Assembly (NCBI GenBank): GCA_020184695.1
Contig: JAANOX010000197.1
Location: 1-61,905, forward strand
DNA length: 61,905 nucleotides
Source of the DNA: Histomonas meleagridis 2922-C6/04-290x
Lineage: Eukaryota; Protista; Parabasalia
Direction: 5' to 3'
In this document: positions 43,063 to 53,925 of the stretch, piece by piece
Layout of the letters: every line of letters begins with the position of its first letter
How positions within the stretch are numbered: the stretch's first letter is position 1
Made by a program: the position numbers and the translations under genes
The notes under the pieces: model-generated
Database searches by the model: none
What the model saw: only the letters and a program-made list of their open reading frames with translations
Told to the model about the DNA's origin: nothing

Positions 43063-44484
43063 ATGTTTGGATTTCGTTGTGCAAAGATGGAAAAAGAAGC
43101 TGAAAAAGTTTATCTTTTTCCTGAAACACCATTTACAAATCCATCATCATTTTTGAAGCCTGCAGTACTCGTAAGCAAAAGGACTATTGATATTGAAGGT
43201 TTTAAGCTTTATGGGTTTATTGATTGTTTTGATGAAATTGGTTATCCATTTTGGGTTGCACCAATTCCATACGAGGGGAAAACAACATCGTTTTACCAAT
43301 TTAGTTTTACAAAAGACGTGCCTGATTTAGCAAAACTTGGGCTTAGAACTTATCAAACATATTATGGAGATGTAATCTGCCTTACAATGGAAAAATTTAC
43401 TCAACTCTCATCAACACATAGAGGAATTTCAATTAAGAGTGGTATGTGGTCTAATGTTTCGGATGTTTACCATCAAATTTCTGCATATTATCATCTTGAT
43501 ATCATCAAACATATATCACCAACTTTACTTAAAAACTCAGTAGATATTGTTGATAACCTTAGACAAGAATTCCAGAAACTTTATGACTTTTCAGTTACAT
43601 CCTCTCTTCCATATTTATATACAGAAATTTACAATATTCTTTTATTCTTTGATTTCATTAAAGATGATGAATGTATCAAACCGGATGATTCCAGATATTA
43701 TTTTGGTTCTTTTCGTCGTCCAATACGAAATTATCTTACAAAATGTTTTCCATCATTAATTTTTGGTGACTTTTGTATTTCCCCATTTGTTGCTAAACAA
43801 CTTCGGTCTATGCTCCGTTTTGTTCACTTCTCCCTGATTAGATTTGGCTACGATTGCGATAATAACATCTCAAACATCAAAATCGAAATCCAAAAATTTC
43901 AGAGAGATAACGGTCTCCCTATCGGGAATGCGACAACAGAAACTCTCCAAGCTATTTGGGAGAATCTTTTATCGTCCACAACAGATCCAATAAACCTTAT
44001 GCTTCAAGTTGGTCTCTCGCTTAACCTCAATTTTGCCGATGAAAGAGAATTAATTGGTGAAATTGATTCTGACATTTATGATGAAGCCGAACTAAAGTTT
44101 TGTTCATCTTTGTCTAATGTCGTCTCACAAATTAAATCGCCTAATTGTGCTGTAGCTAAGGCACAAAAGGCACTATTAGAAAATGTCAAAAAATCTTCAA
44201 AAGAGTTTAAAGAATTAAATGAATCAATGCAAAAGGTTTCGGATAAACAAAAAAATGTTATTACTAAGGCAGAAGAATTACTAAATGAAGTAACACAAGG
44301 ATCACAAAAATTGGAATCAACATTACAAATCGTGGATAACTTGTTGAGGCTTAATAATGAGGCATATGAGGAAATGAGCAACTTGAGAATATTCATGAAC
44401 CAGAAAACGAGAAATACGAATATTTCGGTGTTACTGTTGATAGTAATGTTAGTGTTAGTGTTTATGTTTTTTAGGCGGAATTAA
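43063..44484 (+). CDS. Hypothetical tail-anchored protein with C-terminal coiled coil
   Basis: 473-aa clean ORF ending in a hydrophobic segment plus RRN. Confidence 0.75.
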   Translation: MFGFRCAKMEKEAEKVYLFPETPFTNPSSFLKPAVLVSKRTIDIEGFKLYGFIDCFDEIGYPFWVAPIPYEGKTTSFYQFSFTKDVPDLAKLGLRTYQTYYGDVICLTMEKFTQLSSTHRGISIKSGMWSNVSDVYHQISAYYHLDIIKHISPTLLKNSVDIVDNLRQEFQKLYDFSVTSSLPYLYTEIYNILLFFDFIKDDECIKPDDSRYYFGSFRRPIRNYLTKCFPSLIFGDFCISPFVAKQLRSMLRFVHFSLIRFGYDCDNNISNIKIEIQKFQRDNGLPIGNATTETLQAIWENLLSSTTDPINLMLQVGLSLNLNFADERELIGEIDSDIYDEAELKFCSSLSNVVSQIKSPNCAVAKAQKALLENVKKSSKEFKELNESMQKVSDKQKNVITKAEELLNEVTQGSQKLESTLQIVDNLLRLNNEAYEEMSNLRIFMNQKTRNTNISVLLLIVMLVLVFMFFRRN

Positions 44485-44968
44485 ATCTTATAAATGTTTA
44501 TTTAATAAACAAATTTATGTTTTATAGTTTTTAATATTTACTGTGACTATCTACTTAAAAGTAAAGAGTGCAATGTTACTAAAGAATTGAATTATTTTTC
44601 ATGCATATTAATTTTAAACATTTTATGGAAACATATTACAAATATACACAAAAAAATAGATGTCTGAGAAATTTGTAATATAAATTATGATAATGATTTT
44701 ATTCGAATTTTACTATTAGTTAAATAAGTTATTGATGAAGATTAGTTATTGAATAAGTAGAAGGAAAATATTGGATCACTATGCAAAAGCTTGAAAATGT
44801 ATTGGTAACATTAATGATGTTAACAAAAAATATTATCACAAATGAGAAAGCCATCACTAAAGTAAATTATTAAGTTTATGGAGGATATGTTGATTAAATT
44901 TTAAAAATCATTAAATAAAATTTTTTTTAATTAAAAAAAATTGGTGAAATTGAGATTTCCAATAAATA

Positions 44969-45532
44969 TTAAATATATTTATAGAATCCAATTCTAAGCT
45001 TTCGTCTTTGCCAGCTTACCATTCGAAATTTGTTCAAATCTCTTTTTGGAGATTCTTTCATATTGTCGGATTTGACAAAAGCTTCTGTTTGAAGTGTAGT
45101 TTTAATATCTTTGGGCTGATCCTGAAATAGTTGTGTGTTATCTTTTTCTTGATTATGCTTGTGCTCTCTTTTCAAATTATACCTGGACAAGATATCGTGG
45201 ATAATGAATGAAAAATTTTGTGTCGTTGCTGAACATTTTTGTAAATTATTTCCAAATATCTGTCTCCATTTTGATCTCATCTCTTCTAAAACATTCACAC
45301 GCATATGTGCGTTAGCTCTTTTATCTGATAAGCAAAGGAATGTAGTGTAATCTTGATCAGTGATGGTTTGAAAGATATAATTTTCTTGTTCTAACATAGC
45401 GTTTGGTATTGATGGATTTAAACATTCAAGTATCTTCACTGCCATTTTATGGAAATTTTCATCCAAACACGAGAATTCTGCAAGTATTGATGTTCTATTA
45501 GCTACAACTCCATAAATAAAGATATCATTCAT
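44969..45532 (-). CDS. Longin-domain (VAMP7-like) protein, SNARE/TM part degenerate
   Basis: IYGVVANRTSILAEF...YIFQTI..TTFLCLSD longin pattern; no transmembrane anchor. Confidence 0.65.
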   Translation of the reverse strand: MNDIFIYGVVANRTSILAEFSCLDENFHKMAVKILECLNPSIPNAMLEQENYIFQTITDQDYTTFLCLSDKRANAHMRVNVLEEMRSKWRQIFGNNLQKCSATTQNFSFIIHDILSRYNLKREHKHNQEKDNTQLFQDQPKDIKTTLQTEAFVKSDNMKESPKRDLNKFRMVSWQRRKLRIGFYKYI

Positions 45533-45975
45533 TGTATAATTTTAATATGTGTTGGTAATATTTTTAAAATATTGAAAAAAAAACTTTCTAAGATCAGGTT
45601 TAATATTAGTTTTGTTCAGATGGGTTTTTAACCTAATGGTTTGCATCTTAAGATTTTTATAATTTTTGTACGATTATAAATCAATATTGGAAAACAACTG
45701 TATATTTTTATGTGATTTAATGTATAAACACAATTTTCATCTCTGATACAATCAAAATGAAATTCTTGTCCGGAAACAAAATACAAAGCAATCACATAAT
45801 TACTCATTATAGAAGGAAACAATACGCCACTATTTTTATTCTATCTATTCTCTAATGAAGTTGTCAGAAGCATTTTACAAGATAACGCACTTACCGATCA
45901 AAACCTCTTTCCAGACGGTTATCATTCAAAAACTGGGCTATAACCGTCGATTCCAAATTTTTTAGTCAAAAGAAG

Positions 45976-48900
45976 ATGAAACTAAAAGTCTCTCACTCTC
46001 CAAGATCAAATGACTTGCACGTATATCTTTCTCAAAGCACCATCCAAAGCATGAACTTAAAAGAAAATGATATTGTTAAAATTGCTTCTCCAGCAAGGAA
46101 ATTTATCTTGGCCTCAATTTCATCCAAATATTTCAATGGATCTGATGATTCTATATGCATCCCATATTTTTCTCGAATAAATCTTCGTTGTTTTCTTGGA
46201 CAAACAGTTACTGTTGAAGCATTTCCACATTGTCAGCCAGCTCAAAGCATAGTTTTTGCACCAATAGAAGATACAGTTTCTGGAATTCAAGGCGATTTCC
46301 TCGATATTTTACTCAACTCAGGATATGATTTTGTTTCAAATCCAATTTGGACTGATTTAACGATTCCCGTTTATTCTTGTCATCATATCTTTGAATTCAA
46401 AGTAGTTTCTTGTTCTCCTATTAAAGCTGTTGTTGTCAAAGACATTCAATCAATTTCATGTAAGCCAGCAGTTGAGCGTGGAAACTCACCCACCTTCAAC
46501 AAACTTGGGTATGATGATGTTGGTGGCATTGGTCCACAAATTGACATGATTCGTAATACAATTGAGAATCCACAAACGACCAGTTTTCTAATTACAGCTC
46601 CACCTGGTTGTGGTAAAACATATATTCATCAAGTTATTAGAAATGAAACATTTTGTCATTACGAATACTTACCTTGTCTTGAACTTCTATCAATGCCCAT
46701 TGATAAAGTTGCAACAATATACAAAAACATTTGTGATGTCGTCCAACAAAAGTCCCCATCTATTGTATTCATTGACGACATTGATTCCATTGCGAACAAT
46801 GGCCAAACTCAGCTCTCTCAAGCGACGCAACGACTTTTTTTGCAACTCAAATCAAAGAAAAGTGTCATCGCGATAGCAACCGCCCGAACTGAAACCAAAT
46901 TCAGTTCTGAATATCGAAGTTCTTTTGATCAAATAATACGTATTGGATATCCGAACCATGAACAACGTGTTGAAATCTTAACCTGTATCACACGTAAAAT
47001 GCAACTTTCACCATCGACAATTAATGATATATCAATGATGACAGAAGGTCAATCACCATCAGACTTAGTTTTAGTATGCCAAAAGTCATTAGTATCACAA
47101 CTGCATGAACTATTATCTATATTTGACATCACATTAGGAAATGTGACACTTGACGATCTGAAAGATATTAGTGTCGGAACATCGCGCACAACAACAAATG
47201 TTCGAAGTCATCGGTCAAAGAAGAAAGAAACCAAACGTAAGAAGCCAATGAAGGTTAATGCTCTTGATCCATTTGGCGATCTTTTAGGCGAGCCGAATCA
47301 AAATGTGCAAAAATCGCAGCCACAGCGTTCGAATGATGACGACAATGGACTCTTTACCATTGGTGGGAAACCATTACCTAATAATCGAAGTAATATGTTT
47401 TCATCATCAAGCGAAGAAATATTTAATAATAATAATAACGCAGCGAAACATAACTCTAAGAAAGAACAACAAAAAAGTAAAATGCTGACAGCTGATCCAT
47501 TCGCGTCTACAATAAAAGTGTTAAATAATAATAAAGAAGTAAATGGATCGAAGTTGGCTTCAGAAGACCCATTCGCAGCGCCACACAAAAACGTAAATAA
47601 CTCAGAGGATCCGTTCGCCGTTGCGTCGTCTGGTGATCCTTTCGCTTCGGTGCAAAAGAACATGACAAACTCTGGCGATCCGTTCGCGCAAAATGCAGCC
47701 GATGATCCATTCGCTGCGCCTAAGAAGAAGAGCACAACCAGTGATCCATTCGCACAAAGTGCAGCTGCTGATGATCCATTTGCTGCGCCTAAGAAGAAGA
47801 ATTCAAGTAATGACCCGTTCGCGCAAAGTAATGTTGATGATCCATTCGCAGCACCTAAAAAGAAGAATTCAAGTAATGACCCATTTGCGCAATCATCAAC
47901 AGATGATCCATTCGCTGCGCCCAAAAAGAATAAAAATGCAAACAATGATCCGTTCGCTCAAGGCGCTGTTGATGATCCATTCGCTGCGCCTAAGAAGAAG
48001 AAATCCAACAACGATGATCCGTTCGCACAAAGTGCAGCAGCTGATGATCCTTTCGCAGCGCCTAAAAAGAAGAGTTCAAGCAACGACCCATTCGCGCAAA
48101 GTTCTGCTGAAGATCCATTTGCTGCGCCTAAAAAGAGTAAAGCAGCAAACGACAGCAAAGATGATGACCCATTTGCTGTACCGAAGAAGAGCAAGAAGCA
48201 CAGCGAAGACCCATTCGCGTCGCCATCGAAGAAGAAGTCGAACAACGATCCTTTTGCGCAGTCATCAACAGAAGATCCATTCGCTGCTCCGAAGAAGAAG
48301 TCGAACAACGATCCGTTCGCTGCGCCGCCTAAGAAGAAGAGCAAGAAGCACAGCGAAGACCCATTTGCTGTGAATCCAAGCGAAGATCCGTTTGCTGAGC
48401 CACCGAAGAGAGCCAACAACGATCCATTTGCGCAGTCATCAACAGAAGACCCATTCGCAGCGCCGAAGAAGAAGAAGAGCGCCAACAACGATCCGTTCGC
48501 TGCGCCGCCTAAGAAGAAGAGCAAGAAGCACAGCGAAGACCCGTTCGCGGCGCCTCCAAAGAAGAAAAAGAAGTCATCCGAAGGTGCGCAAAGTAATGCT
48601 GAAGACCCGTTCGCGGCGCCCAAGAAGAAGAATTCGAATGCCGACGATCCATTCGCACAAAGTAATGCTGAAGATCCGTTCGCGGCGCCTAAGAAGAAGA
48701 ATTCGAGTAATGACCCATTCGCGCAATCATCAACAGAAGATCCATTTGCATCGCCCAAGAAGAAGAATTCGAGTAATGACCCATTCGCGCAATCGTCAAC
48801 AGAAGATCCATTTGCATCGCCCAAGAAGAATAAGAGCGCGGCAACCAATGACCCATTCGCGCAAAATAATTTCGATGATCCGTTCGCGGCGCCAAAGAAG

Positions 48901-49233
48901 AAGAACGCAAGCAACGACCCGTTTGCTGCGCCGATGCACAGCGGCGATCCCTTTGCCCAGAGTAATGCCGCCGATGACCCGTTCGCCGCGCCCAAGAAGA
49001 AAGTGAGCGATGACCCGTTCGCGCAGAGCAATGCCGCCGATGACCCGTTCGCGGCGCCGAATAAGTCGAACAATGACCCGTTCGCAGCGCCGCCGAAAAA
49101 GAAGAAATCGAACCAAAAGAGTTCCGCGGCGGCGAATGACAACGACCCTTTTGCAGCGCCAACGAAAAAGCCGACGAAGAAATCAAGTAAAGCAGCGCAC
49201 AAAAAGAAAATTGACCCGTTCGCACCACAATAA
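45976..49233 (+). CDS. p97/CDC48-like N domain + single degenerate AAA + long DPF-repeat tail
   Basis: CDC48_N-like start (RINLRCFLGQTVTV), YDDVGG, Walker A APPGCGKT, Walker B IFIDDID-type (VFIDDID), then ~47 DPF motifs. Confidence 0.8.
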   Translation: MKLKVSHSPRSNDLHVYLSQSTIQSMNLKENDIVKIASPARKFILASISSKYFNGSDDSICIPYFSRINLRCFLGQTVTVEAFPHCQPAQSIVFAPIEDTVSGIQGDFLDILLNSGYDFVSNPIWTDLTIPVYSCHHIFEFKVVSCSPIKAVVVKDIQSISCKPAVERGNSPTFNKLGYDDVGGIGPQIDMIRNTIENPQTTSFLITAPPGCGKTYIHQVIRNETFCHYEYLPCLELLSMPIDKVATIYKNICDVVQQKSPSIVFIDDIDSIANNGQTQLSQATQRLFLQLKSKKSVIAIATARTETKFSSEYRSSFDQIIRIGYPNHEQRVEILTCITRKMQLSPSTINDISMMTEGQSPSDLVLVCQKSLVSQLHELLSIFDITLGNVTLDDLKDISVGTSRTTTNVRSHRSKKKETKRKKPMKVNALDPFGDLLGEPNQNVQKSQPQRSNDDDNGLFTIGGKPLPNNRSNMFSSSSEEIFNNNNNAAKHNSKKEQQKSKMLTADPFASTIKVLNNNKEVNGSKLASEDPFAAPHKNVNNSEDPFAVASSGDPFASVQKNMTNSGDPFAQNAADDPFAAPKKKSTTSDPFAQSAAADDPFAAPKKKNSSNDPFAQSNVDDPFAAPKKKNSSNDPFAQSSTDDPFAAPKKNKNANNDPFAQGAVDDPFAAPKKKKSNNDDPFAQSAAADDPFAAPKKKSSSNDPFAQSSAEDPFAAPKKSKAANDSKDDDPFAVPKKSKKHSEDPFASPSKKKSNNDPFAQSSTEDPFAAPKKKSNNDPFAAPPKKKSKKHSEDPFAVNPSEDPFAEPPKRANNDPFAQSSTEDPFAAPKKKKSANNDPFAAPPKKKSKKHSEDPFAAPPKKKKKSSEGAQSNAEDPFAAPKKKNSNADDPFAQSNAEDPFAAPKKKNSSNDPFAQSSTEDPFASPKKKNSSNDPFAQSSTEDPFASPKKNKSAATNDPFAQNNFDDPFAAPKKKNASNDPFAAPMHSGDPFAQSNAADDPFAAPKKKVSDDPFAQSNAADDPFAAPNKSNNDPFAAPPKKKKSNQKSSAAANDNDPFAAPTKKPTKKSSKAAHKKKIDPFAPQ
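47490..49230 (+). repeat. GC-enriched coding tandem repeats (DDPFAAPKKK / NDPFAQSS)
   Basis: Repeated gatccattcgctgcgcc-like units. Confidence 0.9.
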
Positions 49234-49247
49234 AAACGAATTTTGAA

Positions 49248-49376
49248 TTACTTTGAATCGCTTTTGGAGATCTGAATTATATTTTCTCGTGAAACAAAGT
49301 CAATTTCTTCAGCACGAAGCCTGACTTGATAAAGAGCAAATTGTTCATTGCGTTGTGCAGCAGTAGTTGCTGACAT
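49248..49376 (-). CDS. Possible 42-aa small ORF
   Basis: ATG TCA GCA ACT... to TAA (MSATTAAQRNEQFALYQVRLRAEEIDFVSRENIIQISKSDSK); coding-like composition; below the track cut-off. Confidence 0.3.
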   Translation of the reverse strand: MSATTAAQRNEQFALYQVRLRAEEIDFVSRENIIQISKSDSK

Positions 49377-50214
49377 TACTTATTGTGGATTTTGGTTTAT
49401 GGGGTAAAAATTACGGTTATTAAGGGTAATTCAAGGGATGATAACAACCATAAGAAAGAAAAATAATTTTAACATTAATTTATGGAATAAAACAAAATTT
49501 GAGATGTTATTATGAGGTAACGAACTTAAAGAAATTACAAAGATAAACTAAGTTAATCATGAGAAATTTTAAAATTTGAAAAAAAAGCATTTGTCAAGCG
49601 ATATTTTATGAATCTCATAAACTTTTGTTCTATTTGTAAAACCTTGTGTACATTTTAGAAAGTTAAAAATAAATGAAATTGATGCTATTTTTACTAATGA
49701 AAAGGAATACATTACATAAATAGAGAATTACTAATGTATAAAAATATAGAAAATCTTCAATGACATTAGATATTTCTTTGGGTTAAAGTGTTAAAAATGA
49801 TAAAAAACACAGATGTTAAAAGTGACATAACAGATAAGTATTAAAACTAGTGTAATCAACTTGTGTTATGTTTGAAGAATTTTCTTTATAAATAAAAGAT
49901 TAACAAAATAATTTTTTTATTCAATGTTAAACAAACATTTAATTTTTTTTCTGCCCAAACTCCTTGGGATTTGTTCCATAATAGCAAATAATTCATGCGC
50001 ATTTTAGGGAGGTTGAGGGGTTTTATCCTTTAGCTAAAAATATATTAATATTTTACGCCATTTTTAGAATACATTAAAAAAACTTTACACCAAAACTTAA
50101 GTGTTGGAAATAAAAGGAAATTTAACAGTAAAAACAAATAATTTTAGTAACTTCAACAATTTTAACCTTTCTGAAATGCATTTTTTCATATTATTTATGA
50201 TGTAATGTTTGAAT

Positions 50215-51316
50215 TTACACGTACTTAATATTATAAAATATGTTCCGTATTACTTTAGCTTTGTTGTGCTTTGCTTTGCTTTCAACTTTGTTTACTTGTG
50301 TACTTATGTTGATGTAATTTGTTTTGTTTCTTGGAAACTTGGCTTTGGAATTCAAATTATCATCTTTTTTATGAAGTAATTTAACTATTTCTGTATAAAC
50401 TTTTGAAGATGCCATCATAAGCGCTGTTTGAAATAATTTAAATCATTTCCAAATATTATTATGAAATATCAAATTTTTGAAATAAATTTTATCTTTAGTA
50501 TTAACATCAATTTCTTCTTGTTTAATAAGATATTTAAGCATTTCATCATTTCCTAAAACTGAATTAAATATTAAAATATTTTTTGGAATTTGATTATTTT
50601 GGAGAAAATACTTAATAAGATATGGGTTACTAAATTTTACTGTTTCATTAATTACAAATTCATTGATTTTCATTCCGTTTTTGAAGAAAAAACAGAAGAA
50701 TTTCATAATTTCCTCGTTTAACACATATATATCCCAAATCATCAATGTAATTTTGTTTCACATTTCCATTCAAAGAATTATTATGCAATCCATATGTTGA
50801 TTGATTTTGATATTCATTGCCATACTTTAATTGCTGTTGTCTCACATTTCTAAAAATTTGTGAATTTTGATGAATGTTTTCATTAAATTTTTCTAATTTA
50901 TTCTCATAAAGATATTTAAAGATATCATTTTGATGAAATTCAATTGCTGTTTCATATGCACCTGCAAATGATGAATGATTTTGTTCACATAAATGAATGA
51001 TTTCTTCATTTCCACTTGCAATTGCATATTTTCCTGTATTCTTTACATTTGCATCATTCATAAGTAAATATTTAAAACATTTAACTGATCCAAAAAATGC
51101 TGCATAATCAATTAATGTAACATTTTGTGAATTAATAAATGAACATCTTTCATAAAGTGATGGTTCAATTGTTTGATTATAATTAAAATTCGTTTGTGAT
51201 GATATTTCTTGAAGTTTTGCGATTTCATCATTTCGAATTATTTTTGCAATTTCATTTGGAGTACCTCCTTCTTTAATTAGTTTCTTTATTTGAATCGCCT
51301 TATATTGTTAGTTCAT
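50215..51316 (-). pseudogene. DUF3447 + ankyrin-repeat gene (early stop, frameshift, spacer in ankyrin linker)
   Basis: TLIDYAAFFGSVKCFKYLL, AIASGNEEII and AIEFHQNDIFKYL. TAA at codon 3, frameshift near 50690, and a 63-nt spacer (50428-50490) with TGA between IDVNTKD and TALMMAS. Confidence 0.8.
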
Positions 51317-51504
51317 GTTTTGAGATATTTTTTGATTTTTTCTATGTAAAATTCAAAATTTGTTTTTTAAATTGTAATAATGATATTTATTAATAATTTT
51401 CATTTTTTTTAAGTTTTAGTATTTTTTTTTGCAAAAAGGTAATTTTGAAATGGTGGCCGTTTATATAAACGAAAGTTTTTACGGTTATTGAATGACCACA
51501 ATCA

Positions 51505-52008
51505 ATGTCTGAAGAACTCAGCTCCATTGTTTACATTGGACATCTTCCTCAAGATTTTGAAGAAAAGGAACTGAAAAACTACTTCAAGCAATTTGGAGAT
51601 ATCAAAAATTTGCAACTTTCTAGATCTAAAAAAACAGGTAATTCCAAGCATTATGGCTGGATAGAATTTGAAACACCTGAAATTGCTTCAGTAGTTGCAA
51701 AAACAATGAATAACTATTTATTTTTCAACTCTCTTTTGGTTTGCAATGTTCTCCCAGTTTCAAAAGTTCATCCAATGCTTTTCAAAAATGCTAGACGTGG
51801 ACCAAAAAAACAAAAACCACCTACAGTTTTAACCAAAAAGGAAATGGCATTGAGGCTTGCTCGGCAAGAAAAAATCATCAAAGCAAAATTAGATTCCAAA
51901 GGAATTAAATATGATTGGCCATCATTTATAGCTCAATTTGAGAAAGCAGGTGTTGAAATTCCAGATGTCATTGACACAAATGAGGAGAAAGAAACCTCCA
52001 AAGAATAA
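51505..52008 (+). CDS. NOP15: Nop15/NIFK-like RRM ribosome-biogenesis protein
   Basis: VYIGHLP..FEEKEL..YFKQFG...LSRSKKTGNSKHYGWIEF...AKTMNNYL. Confidence 0.88.
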   Translation: MSEELSSIVYIGHLPQDFEEKELKNYFKQFGDIKNLQLSRSKKTGNSKHYGWIEFETPEIASVVAKTMNNYLFFNSLLVCNVLPVSKVHPMLFKNARRGPKKQKPPTVLTKKEMALRLARQEKIIKAKLDSKGIKYDWPSFIAQFEKAGVEIPDVIDTNEEKETSKE

Positions 52009-52217
52009 GTTATCTAATAATATATTGAATAAATGGATAAATTTTATAATTTTTTTTTGTGATTTATTTTTAATTTTGTTGTATTTTTTCAATAATTAGA
52101 TATTAAGCATGAAATTAATTTAAATCAATTAAAAAATCATTCAATTTTTTTTGTTTTATATCGAAATACATAATGTATGTACAATAATCATTTTTATTTA
52201 AATCACAATGAAACAAA

Positions 52218-53084
52218 TTAGAACGAAAACAGCAAAAAAGGGAACGGTAAAAAACTGTTTGACAGTTCAAACGGTTTCTCATCGTCTATTTCGTATCGGC
52301 ATGTCAGACAAGTTGGATTCGTCATTAGCCAAGTATAAGTGCAGCTATAACAATGAATGTGCCCACATGGCAACTTAATCGCTTCTACTAAGTCGTCGTT
52401 ACAAATATTACACTTTTCATTTTTGTCACTAACCTTGCAATATTTCAAATTGTGTAAAATGTTTTTTGTATAATTTTTAATACACTTAACCAAGCTAACA
52501 ATTTCCCATACCAACTCTACGCTCTTCAAACAGCAGTAAATTGATAGGACAAATTTGTTTTTTGTTGCTAAAAAGAATTTTAGCCAAAGTCTAAATACAA
52601 AAACTCCTCTAACAAAAAGAACAAAACGTTGTTGCAAGCCAAACATACCACTCCTGATGCTCTTGAAACTAGCAATTCGACAGTAAGTGAGGAAAAGCTT
52701 AATTGATGCTGATAGTGTGAATGTGAATAATGAAAAAATATAAGAAGTAACATAATATGAGGAAAAAGTTGTTACTTTTGCGGTAGGCAAAAAATAAAAA
52801 AGAAATATTATGCTGATTATACAAATGATAATAGATTGTATTAAAAGATTCTTTGGAAATTTATAAAAATATTTGGAAGAAATAATAATATCTCTGAGCA
52901 CACCATTCACTGTGCTTTCTGTGTAAAAGTAAAAAATATTCAGGATAAGAAACAAAAGACATTTTTTGAAATGTGAAAGAGCGAAATGAATTCCTATCAA
53001 AACAATTAAAACTAAGGAATAATTAAGTGAAATAGTATCAACAGAATTTTGTTCTTCGCTTAAGTTTTCGCGTTCTTCAGTCAT
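52218..53084 (-). CDS. Multi-pass membrane RING-finger E3 ligase-like protein
   Basis: Several hydrophobic segments and C-terminal CNIC...LPCGHIHCYSC...CLTCR. Confidence 0.8.
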   Translation of the reverse strand: MTEERENLSEEQNSVDTISLNYSLVLIVLIGIHFALSHFKKCLLFLILNIFYFYTESTVNGVLRDIIISSKYFYKFPKNLLIQSIIICIISIIFLFYFLPTAKVTTFSSYYVTSYIFSLFTFTLSASIKLFLTYCRIASFKSIRSGMFGLQQRFVLFVRGVFVFRLWLKFFLATKNKFVLSIYCCLKSVELVWEIVSLVKCIKNYTKNILHNLKYCKVSDKNEKCNICNDDLVEAIKLPCGHIHCYSCTYTWLMTNPTCLTCRYEIDDEKPFELSNSFLPFPFLLFSF

Positions 53085-53207
53085 TCCCTCATAAAATTCG
53101 TTCTTAGTAAAAATTTAAACGCGACATGTGATTTGAATGTGTTTGCATGCACTTTTACGTAATGTATTGAAAGCTAGTTGAAATCTTTTTGTTCATTTTT
53201 TTAATTT

Positions 53208-53547
53208 ATGTCGCTTGGTGCACCAATTAAACTTTTACATGAGGCAACAGGTTTCATGGTCACTATTGAATTGATATCAGGAGATGTTTATTGTGGCACT
53301 CTGCAATTTGTGGAAGATAATGAATTGTTGGATTCATGATGTAATGCATAAATCCCCAAACGGAGATACAATTAAAATCGACTCAGCATACATCAGAGGA
53401 TGTAATATTCTATGTGTTAATGTTCCTGAAATGTTTACAAACGCAAAATTATTCCAAACAGGAGAACTCGAAAATATACATACAAAAAGAACCAAAAAGC
53501 TCAAAAGAACACATTCTACTGTTAAAGTTCGGAAGCAGTCCCTTTAA
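53208..53547 (+). pseudogene. SNRPD3: Sm D3-like snRNP protein with frameshift near 53319
   Basis: ATG 53208 gives MSLGAPIKLLHEA...GDVYCGTLQFVEDN; it continues in the +1 frame as (M)NCWIHDV...YIRG..I..VPEMF. Confidence 0.8.
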
Positions 53548-53925
53548 ATTGTGCAACTCGATATTTACTTGTATTATTTCAATTTGGTTTATATATTGTT
53601 TGTATAACTTATCCTAAAAAATTAATGGCATGGATATATAAAGTGTGAAATATGCGATTTATATTTTTTTTTCTAATTAATTTTTAAAATTGATCTGAAT
53701 GTTTGATGTCAATAAAAGAACAATACTCAAGTTTTGTTTCCATACTTTTAGCATTTAGTTTTGGGTAATTCATTATTTATGCTCATAAATTGTTGTTAAA
53801 CATCTTTCATGTTGCTTTTTATCTTATTTATTGAGAATATTCATTCTGACTTTCATTACCATGAAGCCATTATAAATATACACATAAACAAAAAAAATCA
53901 TCAAATTATAAAAATGATATTTCAT

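Noticed and set aside
47298-49228. Long minus-strand and alternate-frame ORFs (215-414 aa)
   Set aside because: Shadows of the DPF coding repeat; the periodic sequence lacks stops in other frames.
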